In this document: one piece after another, positions 27,601-37,485 of the stretch
Position numbering within the stretch: the stretch's first letter is position 1
Layout of the letters: every line of letters starts with the position of its first letter
IMG/VR virus record: IMGVR_UViG_3300021082_000040
Span: 1-47,348 of that record
Length of the DNA: 47,348 nt
Direction: 5' to 3' (one strand)
Origin: a virus
Lineage: Duplodnaviria; Caudoviricetes
Position numbers and translations under genes: made by a program
Notes under the pieces: model-generated
Database searches by the model: none
What the model was told of the DNA's origin: nothing
What the model saw: the letters and a program-made list of their open reading frames with translations, nothing else

Positions 27601-28231
27601 AGACTTCAGTCTGTTCAGGAGACCATCCACCTCGCCTCGCTTTTTCCGCTGACTCTCCATCAATGACCGCGAAAGCATTAGTCAAATCGTCAGGGTTCAT
27701 CGAGGTCGCCGCCTTACTCGAGGCCGCATCTATCCGAGCATCACTCACCTTATCCCCATACTTAAGAATCTCCCCTTCCTTATGCTTCCACGAAGCGCCG
27801 AATGAGCTGCGGATATGACTTTCAGCGCTCGCGCCAACCATCCGCTCAATGCGCTTATTCCCGCCAGCGGCCTTCAGTGCATTTGCCTTAATCTCCTCTC
27901 TTCTTTTCTCGTTATCATCCCAGCCATTAACAGCATCTTCCCCACCCTTCAGCCGATACTCAGTATCGAGCTTCGTGAACTCCTTATACATATTAGTGTC
28001 GATCTCGCGAGCCTTCGTCTGTTCTAGCTCGTGTTTATTCTTCTCCTCGATCGCCCCGAAGGTCTGACCAAGCTGCTCAAGCGTCCCACCAAAGTTCTTA
28101 AGCGCAGCTCCGACTTGGGAGCCAAACTGTTCATCACTTACCTTAATATTTTGCCATGCAGTTGGAGGCGCGTTCGACTCAACAGTCGGCGTCCCAGTGT
28201 AAGGCACATTCAATAAAGATGCTCTTGGCAC
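24668..28231 (-). CDS. internal virion protein with lysozyme-like and peptidase M15-like domains
   Basis: RGIDP..ALRVYHSEG..SWGPFQLY; VTSGG..SHRHDDGRAADI..VHVG. Confidence 0.78.
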   Translation of the reverse strand: MPRASLLNVPYTGTPTVESNAPPTAWQNIKVSDEQFGSQVGAALKNFGGTLEQLGQTFGAIEEKNKHELEQTKAREIDTNMYKEFTKLDTEYRLKGGEDAVNGWDDNEKRREEIKANALKAAGGNKRIERMVGASAESHIRSSFGASWKHKEGEILKYGDKVSDARIDAASSKAATSMNPDDLTNAFAVIDGESAEKARRGGWSPEQTEVFANDRRAQTASAFIGNVAKHYPDTAQKYFDQNQEVLKLHPGAFKAAEDAISKGFAGKDTAAKGSDLINGTKPKLEERRPIPPRPPDPTGPLKLRVPLPATGPKTEAPKEEKKVAAADLEEPLKKPTGLAEKGNIDIDKRKVLKNADGSFSTEKSFSTNIDGKEVLLPTIINGKEVSQEEAVKHYKKTGEHLGKFNTPEDADAYAEALHKRQEQKYGPGAETKPETKPETKPGAKPPATAPDRHKVTEREYPPEETEISAARRTYAVGPTGTPNHAIPGYTAGSAEVEHYVVNAARARGIDPGTALRVYHSEGSAGYKSSIPGENSWGPFQLYTGGGLGNEFQKETGLDPSDPKNWQATVDYALNKVIELGWKPWNGAKAVGITGYQGVANDARPVKVGEDIHHENPVDFEEEDNKPTPLKERSIIAYSKAQQTGDLTVKPKAGSRLILAQKGHTRDKDLHPQLNSAIEDAAAAAGVFIRVTSGGQTSDRNPSRKDQPGGWTGSHRHDDGRAADIDILDENGRNITDRNDPRRLAFLKEAAKRGAGGTGTGYMSDNLKVHVGITGASGEIGQGLGVYSRQSTAKELAAVEEGLKEAGITPGIARGGGSDRIDGSGPVRLAAYHGGATMSDAPPPEATAGTRFAQATVNAPRAPQMDGPLTAKSTDADLEARIKNMKDEARALGHDESYGENIAAQARSQFATMKRTENELDKNAKDEMGRLVYGDGKEEGIKDFSAITDDPKKLEKFQRLSGPEQATMRAHIQKNATEAWGPVSSEQLDNWDNLVANAPHDPSMLENIDMSKIHPQLRARVMKLREDVLKGGGASTMEAQRVDKILSSPDVEWQLKRAGLFEKNEKGKDVEGPDYKEFRAKFTGQLRYWQESNPGKGGPKQEDINLMVNSLIRKIDQPPEKTWYGGKREVPSKPFFKTPLSVQESNQVVNQWNERNPSRPAATVDDIPPEAVWHWRNSVNKRSGSWQP

Positions 28232-28240
28232 TTAAACCTC

Positions 28241-28756
28241 CTAGGAGAACAAGCTCCCACCACCCGAGTCACTACCCCACTTCCCAGCAACCTTTCCGAA
28301 GCCGCCAAGCAACGAAGAAAAGGCGTTCAGCATCCCCGCTTCTTTCGCGTGTTGAGCCTGCATTTTATAGAGCCCTGATTGGGCTTTTTGGTTCGTTGCT
28401 TCAACATCAAAGCCCCACGCCTTTCTTTCAGCGTTCGATTGTACAGTAAGAGCATCCAAGCGCGCCAGTTCATTTTGACTCGCTATCACTTCCCTCGATG
28501 ACCCACTTTCAAGATCAACTCCAGAAGCCCCCAAAACCGCCTTTTGCGTTCCAAGCGTCTGCGCCGCCTTCAAGTCCTGTTGCTGCGCCTTGGTCGCTCC
28601 GTCTTGCCTCGACAGGTTCGCCTGTTGCAGTGCAATAATCTCGTTGTTCCGCGCGACCTGCGCTTGATAGTTCGCAGCGTCCGCTTGTGCTTGGCCTTGT
28701 TTCATAGCGCCGATGGCGCTAACAACTCCGCCTATGATGCCAATAGCGGCTGCCAT
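28241..28756 (-). CDS. internal virion protein (T7 gp14-like)
   Basis: Ala/Gln-rich, GASGVDLESGS motif, expected position. Confidence 0.75.
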   Translation of the reverse strand: MAAAIGIIGGVVSAIGAMKQGQAQADAANYQAQVARNNEIIALQQANLSRQDGATKAQQQDLKAAQTLGTQKAVLGASGVDLESGSSREVIASQNELARLDALTVQSNAERKAWGFDVEATNQKAQSGLYKMQAQHAKEAGMLNAFSSLLGGFGKVAGKWGSDSGGGSLFS

Positions 28757-29253
28757 CCCTCATCTCCTCTCAACCAAGTAAGCTTTTCGTTCGAAAGCGC
28801 CTCTTTAGTTAACTCATAAGTCTTAAACTTTATCCCATACATCCTCGTCACACCAGTCTGCTTGAATCCAATGTACTGAAGCCATCTTTGGCTTATATCA
28901 CTCCGAAGCGGTGCAATAACGCTTAGTCGATCGTACTGTCCAAGAAGTTCCTCCAGAAATAAAGCACTTACCCGGACGAAGGTGACCCAATGCTTCTCAA
29001 CTAGCTCCGTCGTCAGCATCCAAATGTAAGCGTGATTGCTGACAATGCTGACCATCCGCACTCCATACATCACACCCAAGTGCCCATCAGCAAAACCACA
29101 CCAAACATCTCTCGAACCCTCAACCGCCTGCTTGAGTCCTTGCCCCTCCATATCAGCAACAATCATAAGCTCATTCCGTGAGAACTTGCGAAGGTTCTTG
29201 AGAATCAGCTCAATGTCCTCAGGCGTCGCTTTTCGTCTCTCATAAACGGTCAT
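28732..29253 (-). CDS. GNAT-fold / T7 gp13-like protein
   Basis: AYIWMLTT, SQRWLQYIGF; follows the nozzle gene. Confidence 0.7.
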   Translation of the reverse strand: MTVYERRKATPEDIELILKNLRKFSRNELMIVADMEGQGLKQAVEGSRDVWCGFADGHLGVMYGVRMVSIVSNHAYIWMLTTELVEKHWVTFVRVSALFLEELLGQYDRLSVIAPLRSDISQRWLQYIGFKQTGVTRMYGIKFKTYELTKEALSNEKLTWLRGDEGWQPLLAS

Positions 29254-31856
29254 CAGTCATCCCCAAGTGTCGCCTCAGGAATAACAGCAACTATATTCGC
29301 GGGCAATCCAGCTTTTGATCGAACACAGATCTGTCCATCGGCCTCCCACAGAGGGTCCATCACGATCCGAAGATCGCCTGAAAAAAGTGAAGGTGTCACG
29401 CCTGAGAGTACTGATGGCGGCAAGTCTTTCACCTCCGTCAGTGTATTGAAGGTCATCCCAGCGAACAGTCCTCTTGTATCCGCTACACGAATCGTCAGCG
29501 CCGGTATCTTCTTTCGTCTTCCCTGAATTGTTGGCTGTGACTCAAGTCGAAGCGTCTGAAGATCGGCCTGATAGCCAAGCCCAATAATCACACTCGATCC
29601 CGGTGCATCCAGCGTCACCTTCCCAGCAACAACTTTCTTATCCGTCTGTAGTTTCCCATCAACAACGACAGTAACTGTCATTCCCTCGAGATGACCAAGA
29701 CCGCTGACTGAGCTTACAGGATACGAGGCTTTCCAAGTCCCGGCCGCTTGCTTAGCCATATGTCGATCGCCAGACTCCTCAACGACAAAAGTGTCTGTTG
29801 GTGGGACAAGCATCGTTGTCATTATTGAAGAAGCATTATAAACAGTGTGGACTTTGAACTTGCCTCCACCAGCACGAATCTCATAGCCAATCCAATTTTG
29901 GTTAAAGATCGCTCCACCAGAAGTGTATAGATAGACGTTATTCTTGTCTGAGAGTGATAAGCTATCTAACGAATCACCTCCAAGATACATCGGGAGTGAC
30001 AAGGCACAATCGAGAAACCAAGAGTCTTCAATCGCCCGTTGAAAGCGTGGTTGGAACTGCTCAATAGTCAGCATCCGTTCGCCAGTCGGCAGCACCCGCT
30101 CAACCGCAGCATACACGACATCTCTTATCCCCTCCCTAACACAGCCGACAGCCCTGTACGATCCTTGGGTGCTATGCACAGCCCAACCAGCCACCTCCTG
30201 ATCCTTCAGAAAGGTGAGGCTCAGCAACACTCCATCATCCCTTACAACCCAAATAACTTTATCTGGTTCTTCTGCATAACACCAGCTCTTGATCGTGTGG
30301 TTCGAGAACAAGTGGCTTGAGAGCACAGTAACGTCCGCGCCTGTGTAGATGTTCGCGAAGAAGTTGTAGCTGAGGTTTCTGACAATGGAACCGTTCACTT
30401 GGATGAACAAGATCTCATAGCCAATAACTATTGGTGGGAGGTCAGCACAACCGTTGAAGGCCTGAGGTGTCGCCATTACTTGTGTCGGAGTGACTGGAGC
30501 GAACTGTTGTGTGCCACTGAGTTGCCACGCGCCACCAGCAGTAAGCATCACCAAGCCACCAGGCATTGGGATCATGTACTTGATGGCATTCATCTGCTGT
30601 GAGGCAAGAGTGAACTCAAACGAGTCACCATCATTGATTGGTGTGCTGATGTCAAAGTTGTGATAAGCACCTGGCTTCGACCCCCACACAGTCGAGGGTT
30701 CGTTTGTTGATGCTGCAAACAAAAGACGTTGCTGGAAGTAGGCAACAGCCCCTGGATAAGTCCCTGTCTGTTTTCCTGTGACTGCTGTCGCAGCGGCTCC
30801 TTGTCCAACTCCATAGTCAGCAAAGTTAACGGTAGGTGAGCTATAATAACCACCTCCAGCTTCAATGTTGACGCCCATAACAGCGCCGTAGGTAATCATC
30901 GGAGTGATAACAGCACCACCACCTGTCGCATCGGTTATCCAGCACTGTGTAAAGTTGTCGTAGCCGGAGCCATTCGCCGTCACAGTGACTTCAACGATCT
31001 GAAGTGGTGTAAAAGGGTCTTTGTGTAATGGAGGTGACCTTGTAAAGTTAGGTAAAATGTTCGTATCAGTAAAGACTTGGGCTCGAGTGCTCCCAACAAA
31101 ACCCATCCTCATTCCATTAGTTATCTGTGCATTAGCACCTGAAGTCGCTTTGTAGACATTGTAATAATCAGCGCCAGGAACCGTTCCCCAAGTGACATTT
31201 ATCGTTACTCTGTGTGCCGACATATCAAGCGTATTGTCCATTCGGGCAATTCCACTTAACAACCCTTCAGTACCATCCTTTCCAACAGCTGTTATTGCAT
31301 ATCCATAGTTAACATAAGCGGCCGCAGCCGGATCAATATACCCTGTCGCCGTTGCCGAAAGTCCGCAGCCGCCCGACACACCAACTGTAGAACCGATCGA
31401 AAAGCCTTGACCACGCCAGTCAGTGTGACCATAACGGATTATCTCAATTATCTGATAGTTTGGATGCACAAGAGTCAGCGTATCACCGCTTTGGGTCCAC
31501 TTCAATTTTGGCAGATCATACCAGTTCCAGTAACCAGTGATCTGGTAAATATTATTAGCTCCATCAACAACATAGCCGCCTCGTGTTATAAAGCGGATGT
31601 AACCATGACCTATCTCAAGTAAATACGTCTGGTCATTGTTGAAGATAAAAGGGACGAAGATAACGTCTAAATTCCAGTAAGGTGCCTTTCCAACAAACCT
31701 TGTCCCCGCCCGCTTACTTGCACCCCCTCTAAAATCAACGAGGAAGTTGTGCATCTTAGCTGCGCCGATCTTATACTTGTTAAGATCGACTCGACCAAAC
31801 ATAAGCGGAGAAAGTTCACCCGCCGAAAATGACGACTGGATGACAGGAGCTGCCAT
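29253..31856 (-). CDS. tail tubular protein B / nozzle
   Basis: QSSFSAGELSP..GRVDL start, TQSGD, YPGAVAYFQQRL; 867 aa. Confidence 0.88.
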   Translation of the reverse strand: MAAPVIQSSFSAGELSPLMFGRVDLNKYKIGAAKMHNFLVDFRGGASKRAGTRFVGKAPYWNLDVIFVPFIFNNDQTYLLEIGHGYIRFITRGGYVVDGANNIYQITGYWNWYDLPKLKWTQSGDTLTLVHPNYQIIEIIRYGHTDWRGQGFSIGSTVGVSGGCGLSATATGYIDPAAAAYVNYGYAITAVGKDGTEGLLSGIARMDNTLDMSAHRVTINVTWGTVPGADYYNVYKATSGANAQITNGMRMGFVGSTRAQVFTDTNILPNFTRSPPLHKDPFTPLQIVEVTVTANGSGYDNFTQCWITDATGGGAVITPMITYGAVMGVNIEAGGGYYSSPTVNFADYGVGQGAAATAVTGKQTGTYPGAVAYFQQRLLFAASTNEPSTVWGSKPGAYHNFDISTPINDGDSFEFTLASQQMNAIKYMIPMPGGLVMLTAGGAWQLSGTQQFAPVTPTQVMATPQAFNGCADLPPIVIGYEILFIQVNGSIVRNLSYNFFANIYTGADVTVLSSHLFSNHTIKSWCYAEEPDKVIWVVRDDGVLLSLTFLKDQEVAGWAVHSTQGSYRAVGCVREGIRDVVYAAVERVLPTGERMLTIEQFQPRFQRAIEDSWFLDCALSLPMYLGGDSLDSLSLSDKNNVYLYTSGGAIFNQNWIGYEIRAGGGKFKVHTVYNASSIMTTMLVPPTDTFVVEESGDRHMAKQAAGTWKASYPVSSVSGLGHLEGMTVTVVVDGKLQTDKKVVAGKVTLDAPGSSVIIGLGYQADLQTLRLESQPTIQGRRKKIPALTIRVADTRGLFAGMTFNTLTEVKDLPPSVLSGVTPSLFSGDLRIVMDPLWEADGQICVRSKAGLPANIVAVIPEATLGDD

Positions 31857-32656
31857 TAGATAGAGCCTCCAAAGAGTGGACCGTACTCAGGTATCCAGGG
31901 ACCAGTTCCCATCGACGGGCCAACTCCTCTCACCGCCAACCAATCAGGTACATGATCCATCACATTCAAGCCTTCATTCGCGTTCTTCACTCTCGCATCC
32001 AAGATATGCGTGTTCGCAAGCTTCGTCAGCGCGTCTAACATCTTCAGATCGCCCGTCAACGAGGTGACTGTCATTGCGGCGAGGGCTTGAACAAAGGCTC
32101 GACTGAACGACTCGTCAAAAAGCGCTGTGTCAGTGATGTCCTTCGTGTAACACATAACAGCTTGTGATACGTTTGTGAGCACTACATTCTTTGGAGCAGG
32201 GTTCAACGGAATTGTGCTTGATGCGATCTCGAACTTTGGCATCGGCCCTTGTGAGGACGTGTCGGCGAATAGCTTTGGGTCTGCTCCAGTAAATGGGACA
32301 GCTGGCTGACTATTAGCCAGATTTGGTAAGACGTAACGGACGAGCAAAACGTCTGCTGGAATGCCGTAAGCATAAAGCCAAGGAGGGGGTGGTTCATAAG
32401 TTGAGTTCCATCCATTCACTGGTGAGCCAAGCGCCGGATCAGCCTCAGGCGTTCCAAAGCGCGCTCGAATAAGAGGGAACCTTGCATAGGCGCGAGCAAA
32501 GCCCCAATGCGCTGCACGAAGCAACTGCTTCCGTGTTGGCTCGAAGCTAAGTAAGCACGCTCGTGCTTCGTTACTCTCCTCAGAGATTGTGGAGATGCTC
32601 GAACGGGTGCCGACCACTGCAAGCGCTTGATTACAAAGTGATGTAACGTCCGCCAT
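31856..32656 (-). CDS. tail tubular protein A / head-tail adaptor
   Basis: SLCNQALAVVG..I...EAR.C...R..LLR...WGFA. Confidence 0.85.
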   Translation of the reverse strand: MADVTSLCNQALAVVGTRSSISTISEESNEARACLLSFEPTRKQLLRAAHWGFARAYARFPLIRARFGTPEADPALGSPVNGWNSTYEPPPPWLYAYGIPADVLLVRYVLPNLANSQPAVPFTGADPKLFADTSSQGPMPKFEIASSTIPLNPAPKNVVLTNVSQAVMCYTKDITDTALFDESFSRAFVQALAAMTVTSLTGDLKMLDALTKLANTHILDARVKNANEGLNVMDHVPDWLAVRGVGPSMGTGPWIPEYGPLFGGSI

Positions 32657-32675
32657 CTATCACCTCATGGAAGTT

Positions 32676-32698
32676 GTGGGGGAGAACGCCTCCCCCAC
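32676..32698 (-). terminator. hairpin / probable terminator after the head genes
   Basis: GTGGGGGA...TCCCCCAC 8-bp stem; weak U tail. Confidence 0.5.
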
Positions 32699-32703
32699 TT
32701 TAC

Positions 32704-32871
32704 TTAGAAGCCGCCACCATACATAGCGTTTGCTGGCGGAGGGCGCTTGCCCTTTTTCTTCTTCTTCCCTTTAGGTTTAGCCGAAGCTTCCATCCGAGCC
32801 ATTTCAGCTTGCGCTGCTTTACCCGTTGTCTTCGGCATAACCCGCTGTGACGTGCCACTCTTCAGAGGCAT
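32704..32871 (-). CDS. small basic protein (55 aa, MPLKSGTSQRVM...KGKKKKGK...)
   Basis: Translated by hand; GAGG RBS; fills the gap. Confidence 0.65.
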   Translation of the reverse strand: MPLKSGTSQRVMPKTTGKAAQAEMARMEASAKPKGKKKKKGKRPPPANAMYGGGF

Positions 32872-32872
32872 G

Positions 32873-33175
32873 TTACTTCCTCGCTGGTGTTGGCTCTACT
32901 TTCGTCCCTGCCTGGGCTTTCGCCATCGCGAGCAATGCCGTCTGCACCTCAGGCTCGAGGAACAGCAGACCAAGCGGTGAGGCGGTGTTCAGTGGCTTCG
33001 TCAAGTTCTCCACCACCTTCTTCACCGCCGCCTTCCCTTCATCATCGAGCCCCTCCATCTCTGGAGTGACCCCACCTTCAGGGATCGGAAACGAAGTTTC
33101 GTCACCAACAATCGTCCCCTCATCGAGAAGGCGATCGTTCATGTAGTGCTTCGCAAGAAGCCGATACTTAGGCAT
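32873..33175 (-). CDS. hypothetical head-module protein
   Basis: AAGGA RBS; position after the cement gene. Confidence 0.75.
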   Translation of the reverse strand: MPKYRLLAKHYMNDRLLDEGTIVGDETSFPIPEGGVTPEMEGLDDEGKAAVKKVVENLTKPLNTASPLGLLFLEPEVQTALLAMAKAQAGTKVEPTPARK

Positions 33176-33208
33176 CTGCGTTCGTCCTTTCTGGCTGGTG
33201 CTCAGCCC

Positions 33209-33649
33209 TTAGTTAGTGACCACGATACCAGGCCGGTACGCAATGTTCTGCTGGCGATCGAGGATGATACCAGCGGTGAGCTTCCCAGCGGTCATCGGGC
33301 CAGTACCAACGAGGTAGTTGAGCCGAAGATAACGGGGGAGTGGATCGTTCGGGTTCGGGCTTGGCACATCAATCTGGAACGGGTTCTTACCCGCCTGAAG
33401 TTGTGCAAGTGTCAACACGGCCGACTCAGCGTAGGTCGTGAAAGTCGAGTTATCGGCTGAACCCTGAAACTGCACCTGAAGCGTACCAGCACCAGTCGCA
33501 GTGAAGTTCTCCGTCGGTTGCACGAGGACTTCCAGCGGGTAGCCGGGTCCCATGTCTCTCGCGTTCAGAAGGTCGAGCACGTTGGCGCTAACGCCAGATG
33601 CCGTAATCGCGCTGTTGTTGTCGAACAGCAGAAGTCCGTCCAAGATCAT
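33209..33649 (-). CDS. capsid cement/decoration protein (Bbp16-like)
   Basis: MILDGLLLF..., RYLRLNY, GKLTAGI. Confidence 0.85.
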   Translation of the reverse strand: MILDGLLLFDNNSAITASGVSANVLDLLNARDMGPGYPLEVLVQPTENFTATGAGTLQVQFQGSADNSTFTTYAESAVLTLAQLQAGKNPFQIDVPSPNPNDPLPRYLRLNYLVGTGPMTAGKLTAGIILDRQQNIAYRPGIVVTN

Positions 33650-33679
33650 CTTTCGTCTCCATTTGGGTCAAGTGTTAGG

Positions 33680-33710
33680 TGTGGTTAGATAAACCGTTTA
33701 TCCAACCATA
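33680..33710. repeat. 31-bp palindrome, copy 4
   Basis: TGTGGTTAGATAAAC-C-GTTTATCCAACCATA just after the capsid gene stop. Confidence 0.9.
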
Positions 33711-33717
33711 CCAGCTA

Positions 33718-34761
33718 CTAGACGACCCTCGCTTCGTTGTTGAGGATGGCGTCACAGGTCTTGATCGGTATTCCCCTGAACGTCGTGCAAACCTTCCCAT
33801 CGTACTCAGCAATGTCCAACAGGACATTCTTCTTGTTCACGGCCTGGATGTCGAGCCAAGTCCGCAGCGTCCGGTTGCAGTAGATCGCAGTCCGACCCAT
33901 CGAGTCACTCACCGACGGCGAGTCACTCTTCTGAACCGCCTGGGCCCTCGCTGAAGCGACCGGCAGCTTATACAAGCCGCGGATCAGTCCAGTCAACAGA
34001 TCAGGCGGCGTTGCTCCACTCAGCGTCGTCACGTCGATGTTGCACAGGCGAACAGCGAAACGCCAGTCACGAACCGTCAGCCCACACTCCCACTTGAAGT
34101 GGTCACGATAGGCTTGATAAGTGTTGCCGTTCACGTCGTTCACAGGCCACTCGCCCATGTCCTTGTGTTGCAGCCCCGACATCTTGCCTTTCGGGAAGAT
34201 ACCGTGGATGGTCTCTGCACCCCAAGTCACGATCCACATCGAAGTGTTCGTGCCACCAGTTCCCGTCATGTCAATGACGTTTGCTGCGGTCTGGGCGTTG
34301 GCGATGTTGACAGTGTTGTAACGCGGGGCCAGTCCCATGAACCGCTCCGGGTTCACTGAGGTGTTCCCATAGAACACTGTCGCCGACACCTGTTGGTTCA
34401 TGCCTTCGAGAAAGGCCTTCACCTCACTGAATCGGAACTCAGGAGTATTACCGTTAAGATCAGCAATATCCTTGTCAACCACGCTGTACGTTTCGAGGTT
34501 GCCACATGAGTCAGTGATCTGTGCCGTTGTGCTCTTCCCATTTGGGACACCGTAGTTGAGCAAGCGCCACGTTGCAGCCGGCAAGCCAGTACGGACTGTC
34601 GTCCGATGACCTGTTGGCAGGTTGCCTTGGACAAAAAGCATATCGTCCAAGATCTCATTCGTCTGTGACAACAACTCAATGATCGTAGCGATCTTGTAGT
34701 TGTCGTCGACTCGCTTGGCCCAGTCAGCAAGGGTCAAGGCAGTTGCGCCAATAACAGGCAT
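33718..34761 (-). CDS. major capsid protein (BPP-1 Bbp17-like)
   Basis: TLADWAKR, ELLSQTNEILDD, RTGLP, FRGIPI..CDAILNNEA. Confidence 0.92.
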   Translation of the reverse strand: MPVIGATALTLADWAKRVDDNYKIATIIELLSQTNEILDDMLFVQGNLPTGHRTTVRTGLPAATWRLLNYGVPNGKSTTAQITDSCGNLETYSVVDKDIADLNGNTPEFRFSEVKAFLEGMNQQVSATVFYGNTSVNPERFMGLAPRYNTVNIANAQTAANVIDMTGTGGTNTSMWIVTWGAETIHGIFPKGKMSGLQHKDMGEWPVNDVNGNTYQAYRDHFKWECGLTVRDWRFAVRLCNIDVTTLSGATPPDLLTGLIRGLYKLPVASARAQAVQKSDSPSVSDSMGRTAIYCNRTLRTWLDIQAVNKKNVLLDIAEYDGKVCTTFRGIPIKTCDAILNNEARVV

Positions 34762-34764
34762 TGT

Positions 34765-35460
34765 TTATTCTCCTCGGTTTGGTACCAGATGTGGATACAG
34801 TGCAGCGCCTGGACTGTCAGGCTTCACTGATCTCGGGGGCTCCGCTCTCACCGGCCCTGGCTCCGCCAATGCTTTTGACATACGGAACAAGGTTCGGATG
34901 ATTGCAGGGTTGTTCCCCGCACCAGTAAAGTCAAGTGCAGTCCTAACTCCAGGGTCGCCGTATTCACTCAAAGCACTTCCAATAACACGCCTCACTTCGT
35001 CGAAGTTCTTGCCACCCATCTCTTGGTCAGCCATAACTTCGTCTTGCCAACCCTTTTGCGTGTCTCGCCACATCTGGTACGGCCGATCAGCCGCCTCCTT
35101 GACGGTCTTAGCATACAGGTCGATATATTCCTGAGCCACCTCCTGCTTAACCCCACTCTTTTTGGAGATCTCAGTAAACTCATTAAACGCTGGGTTCTTC
35201 TTGTCGATCTGCGGGTCGAGCTTAAGCTGCGTCGGATCGAACGCTCCAGGGATAACTGAAGTTGGTTCGGTCTTGTCATCGACTGTCCGCTCACTCGTCT
35301 CATCGTTCAGATCAACTGTTTCATCGTTGAGCAGTGAAGGCTTTTGATTAGCCTTCTCCAGTTGTTCTTGGGCCGCCTTAGCTGTTCCTGGCCCCGTCGC
35401 CTCTCCAACAGGCTTAGGTTCCGCTGGAGGTGTCGTCTGTGTAGCTGTCAGATCCGTCAT
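34765..35460 (-). CDS. putative scaffold protein
   Basis: Pro/acidic N-terminus, GAGNNPAIIR, LYP near the C-terminus; directly upstream of the capsid gene. Confidence 0.75.
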   Translation of the reverse strand: MTDLTATQTTPPAEPKPVGEATGPGTAKAAQEQLEKANQKPSLLNDETVDLNDETSERTVDDKTEPTSVIPGAFDPTQLKLDPQIDKKNPAFNEFTEISKKSGVKQEVAQEYIDLYAKTVKEAADRPYQMWRDTQKGWQDEVMADQEMGGKNFDEVRRVIGSALSEYGDPGVRTALDFTGAGNNPAIIRTLFRMSKALAEPGPVRAEPPRSVKPDSPGAALYPHLVPNRGE

Positions 35461-35794
35461 TGCCTTCTCCCGTTTGCTTTATCGACTTCTCAAGATCACC
35501 TAGTTCTCGAGCCTCTTGTACCATCTCGATATACCGCGCTGGACACGCCCGCATAAGATCAGCCAACAGACGAAGCCCCATGTTCCTTTCCCCCTCGGCA
35601 AAACCCATTGCAAGTGCCTCGACTGAGAAAGAACTTCTCCAGATATGTGCGCTCTCGAGTATCTCGAAGAACCAGGATCGACCTTCGCGAGTCTCCATGA
35701 TCCGCCGGAGTAAGTCATCCTTTATGTTCTCCTGAACCCTAAGCTGTTTAATCCGATCTTTAACTTGTTTCGGATCGCTTGCATCATAACTCAC
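35414..35794 (-). CDS. Bbp19-like protein
   Basis: IMETREGRSW...FAEGERNMGL; between portal and scaffold. Confidence 0.75.
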   Translation of the reverse strand: MSYDASDPKQVKDRIKQLRVQENIKDDLLRRIMETREGRSWFFEILESAHIWRSSFSVEALAMGFAEGERNMGLRLLADLMRACPARYIEMVQEARELGDLEKSIKQTGEGNDGSDSYTDDTSSGT

Positions 35795-37485
35795 TGTTGA
35801 ACCTCAGTCCCTGACTGCGGTCCACCAAGTCCCATCATGGCGGCCAAAGCATTCTGGCCACCGCCCACGTCCGTCTTGGAAAGTACTTGCGCGCCCTTAA
35901 CCGCCGCGTCAGTCTGACCAAGCAACGCCGCCTGCTCCTGTTGCTTCTGCTTTTGCTCGCGGAGAGCTGCCACTTCATCTCTCGACCTCAGTATCTTCGG
36001 AGGCACACCCATCAAGTCCGCATACTCAACCATAAACTCATCGACGTTAATGTTGTCAAGCACCGATGGATCAGCTGCGGCGATGTTGCCAGCCAAGCCC
36101 ATGACACGTTCCATTCCTGAAGCGGACACAGCTCGCTGTGCTTCAGCAAGCATCGAAACGTACTGAACATTCAGCCCTTGACCATCTTTGATCAGGCCCT
36201 CTGGTGCAGGCGGCAACAAACCAGCCCTCATCATGATCCCAAAGATCCGCTCGATCACTGGATCAAGCGCTTCCTGTTCAAACCGCTCGAGCACGGGGCC
36301 AAGCATAATCAACTTTTCCTCTCGTCTCGCATCTATCTCCGTCGCAGTGCGAACTGTATCCAACTGTGAGATCATCATGAAGAGGTCATTGAAAAAGATG
36401 ACCTTAATCCGCTCCTGAATCTCCTTAATGTCTTCCTTCAAGTCGTTGATCGGTGGATTGACTGTGAACACAGGCTTGTAGCCGACGTTCTGAAGTCCGC
36501 TGACATAAGTGACACCCCCTGGCATCAACGAGGCCGGTTGGTTCCTCAGCTGAACATCAGCGAGCATCGGCGGATTAACCATCTTGTCAATCGCCTGTCC
36601 CTTCCTCTTTGTCTCCTGTTGCAGCTGTTTGATGTCCCCAAGAGCATCCATAGCAGGTGATCTGCCGTAAACGTCGTTCGAGACGAGATCCCACCGCGGA
36701 GCAATAACAGGCCACTCATTGTATCCGCTCCACCTAAGCGGCCCCTCCGCTGTATTGCCCCTCTCCCAATACAGCTCCATGTACTTCCACTTCTTTCTTT
36801 CACTGCCATCATTTGGCTCGATCAAGTGACAAACAACAATCTCTTGAGTCCGACCCCCTGGTTGCGTGTAAGCTTTCTTCGTCGACTCCGAACAATTCTC
36901 CAGTCCGAACTCCTGTACAACTTGCTTAACGGTCATCGTGAACTCTCTTGCGAGCGTATCCACTTCATAAGTCGAACCCGCCTCAAGATAATACTCGCCC
37001 GCACAAGGGTTGTAAAAGCGAACCACGTTCTCGAAGTCCTCGTAGCAAATCGAAACACCTGTACCGAACACAACAAGATCAAGATATAAAGTAGCCATAG
37101 CATTGTAGAAGTTTGACTCCGCGAAGACCTTCAGAAGACGTTTCTCACACTCGGCCAGCCACAATGACGCTGGGTTCGACGAATCGTTCAGCTGTAACCC
37201 TTCGATCCCCAGCCGGAACCACGGCCTCGTCGGCGAGGTGATTCCGCTCATCATACCAGCCGCACACACTCGTGCTGCGATTGTCCCCGTAGAGTCGATG
37301 ATACCAGTGTTCAACTGAGTTCCACGACTCATCTCGTTCGGTGTTATCAGCCACTTATATCTCCTTGGCAAGAGGAAGTTCGCTAGCTCCCTCCAATGAA
37401 CCCACCAAGAGTAGCGCGGAGTTCTCATCGCGATCAAGCGTTGATCCGCCCATTCCGCTCTCTCCTGGCGAGTTTTCTTGTTCAT
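35791..37485 (-). CDS. portal / head-tail connector protein
   Basis: SGITSPTRPWF, SNFY, YGRSP, RTATEI..R.EEK...LGPV. Confidence 0.93.
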   Translation of the reverse strand: MNKKTRQERAEWADQRLIAMRTPRYSWWVHWRELANFLLPRRYKWLITPNEMSRGTQLNTGIIDSTGTIAARVCAAGMMSGITSPTRPWFRLGIEGLQLNDSSNPASLWLAECEKRLLKVFAESNFYNAMATLYLDLVVFGTGVSICYEDFENVVRFYNPCAGEYYLEAGSTYEVDTLAREFTMTVKQVVQEFGLENCSESTKKAYTQPGGRTQEIVVCHLIEPNDGSERKKWKYMELYWERGNTAEGPLRWSGYNEWPVIAPRWDLVSNDVYGRSPAMDALGDIKQLQQETKRKGQAIDKMVNPPMLADVQLRNQPASLMPGGVTYVSGLQNVGYKPVFTVNPPINDLKEDIKEIQERIKVIFFNDLFMMISQLDTVRTATEIDARREEKLIMLGPVLERFEQEALDPVIERIFGIMMRAGLLPPAPEGLIKDGQGLNVQYVSMLAEAQRAVSASGMERVMGLAGNIAAADPSVLDNINVDEFMVEYADLMGVPPKILRSRDEVAALREQKQKQQEQAALLGQTDAAVKGAQVLSKTDVGGGQNALAAMMGLGGPQSGTEVQQ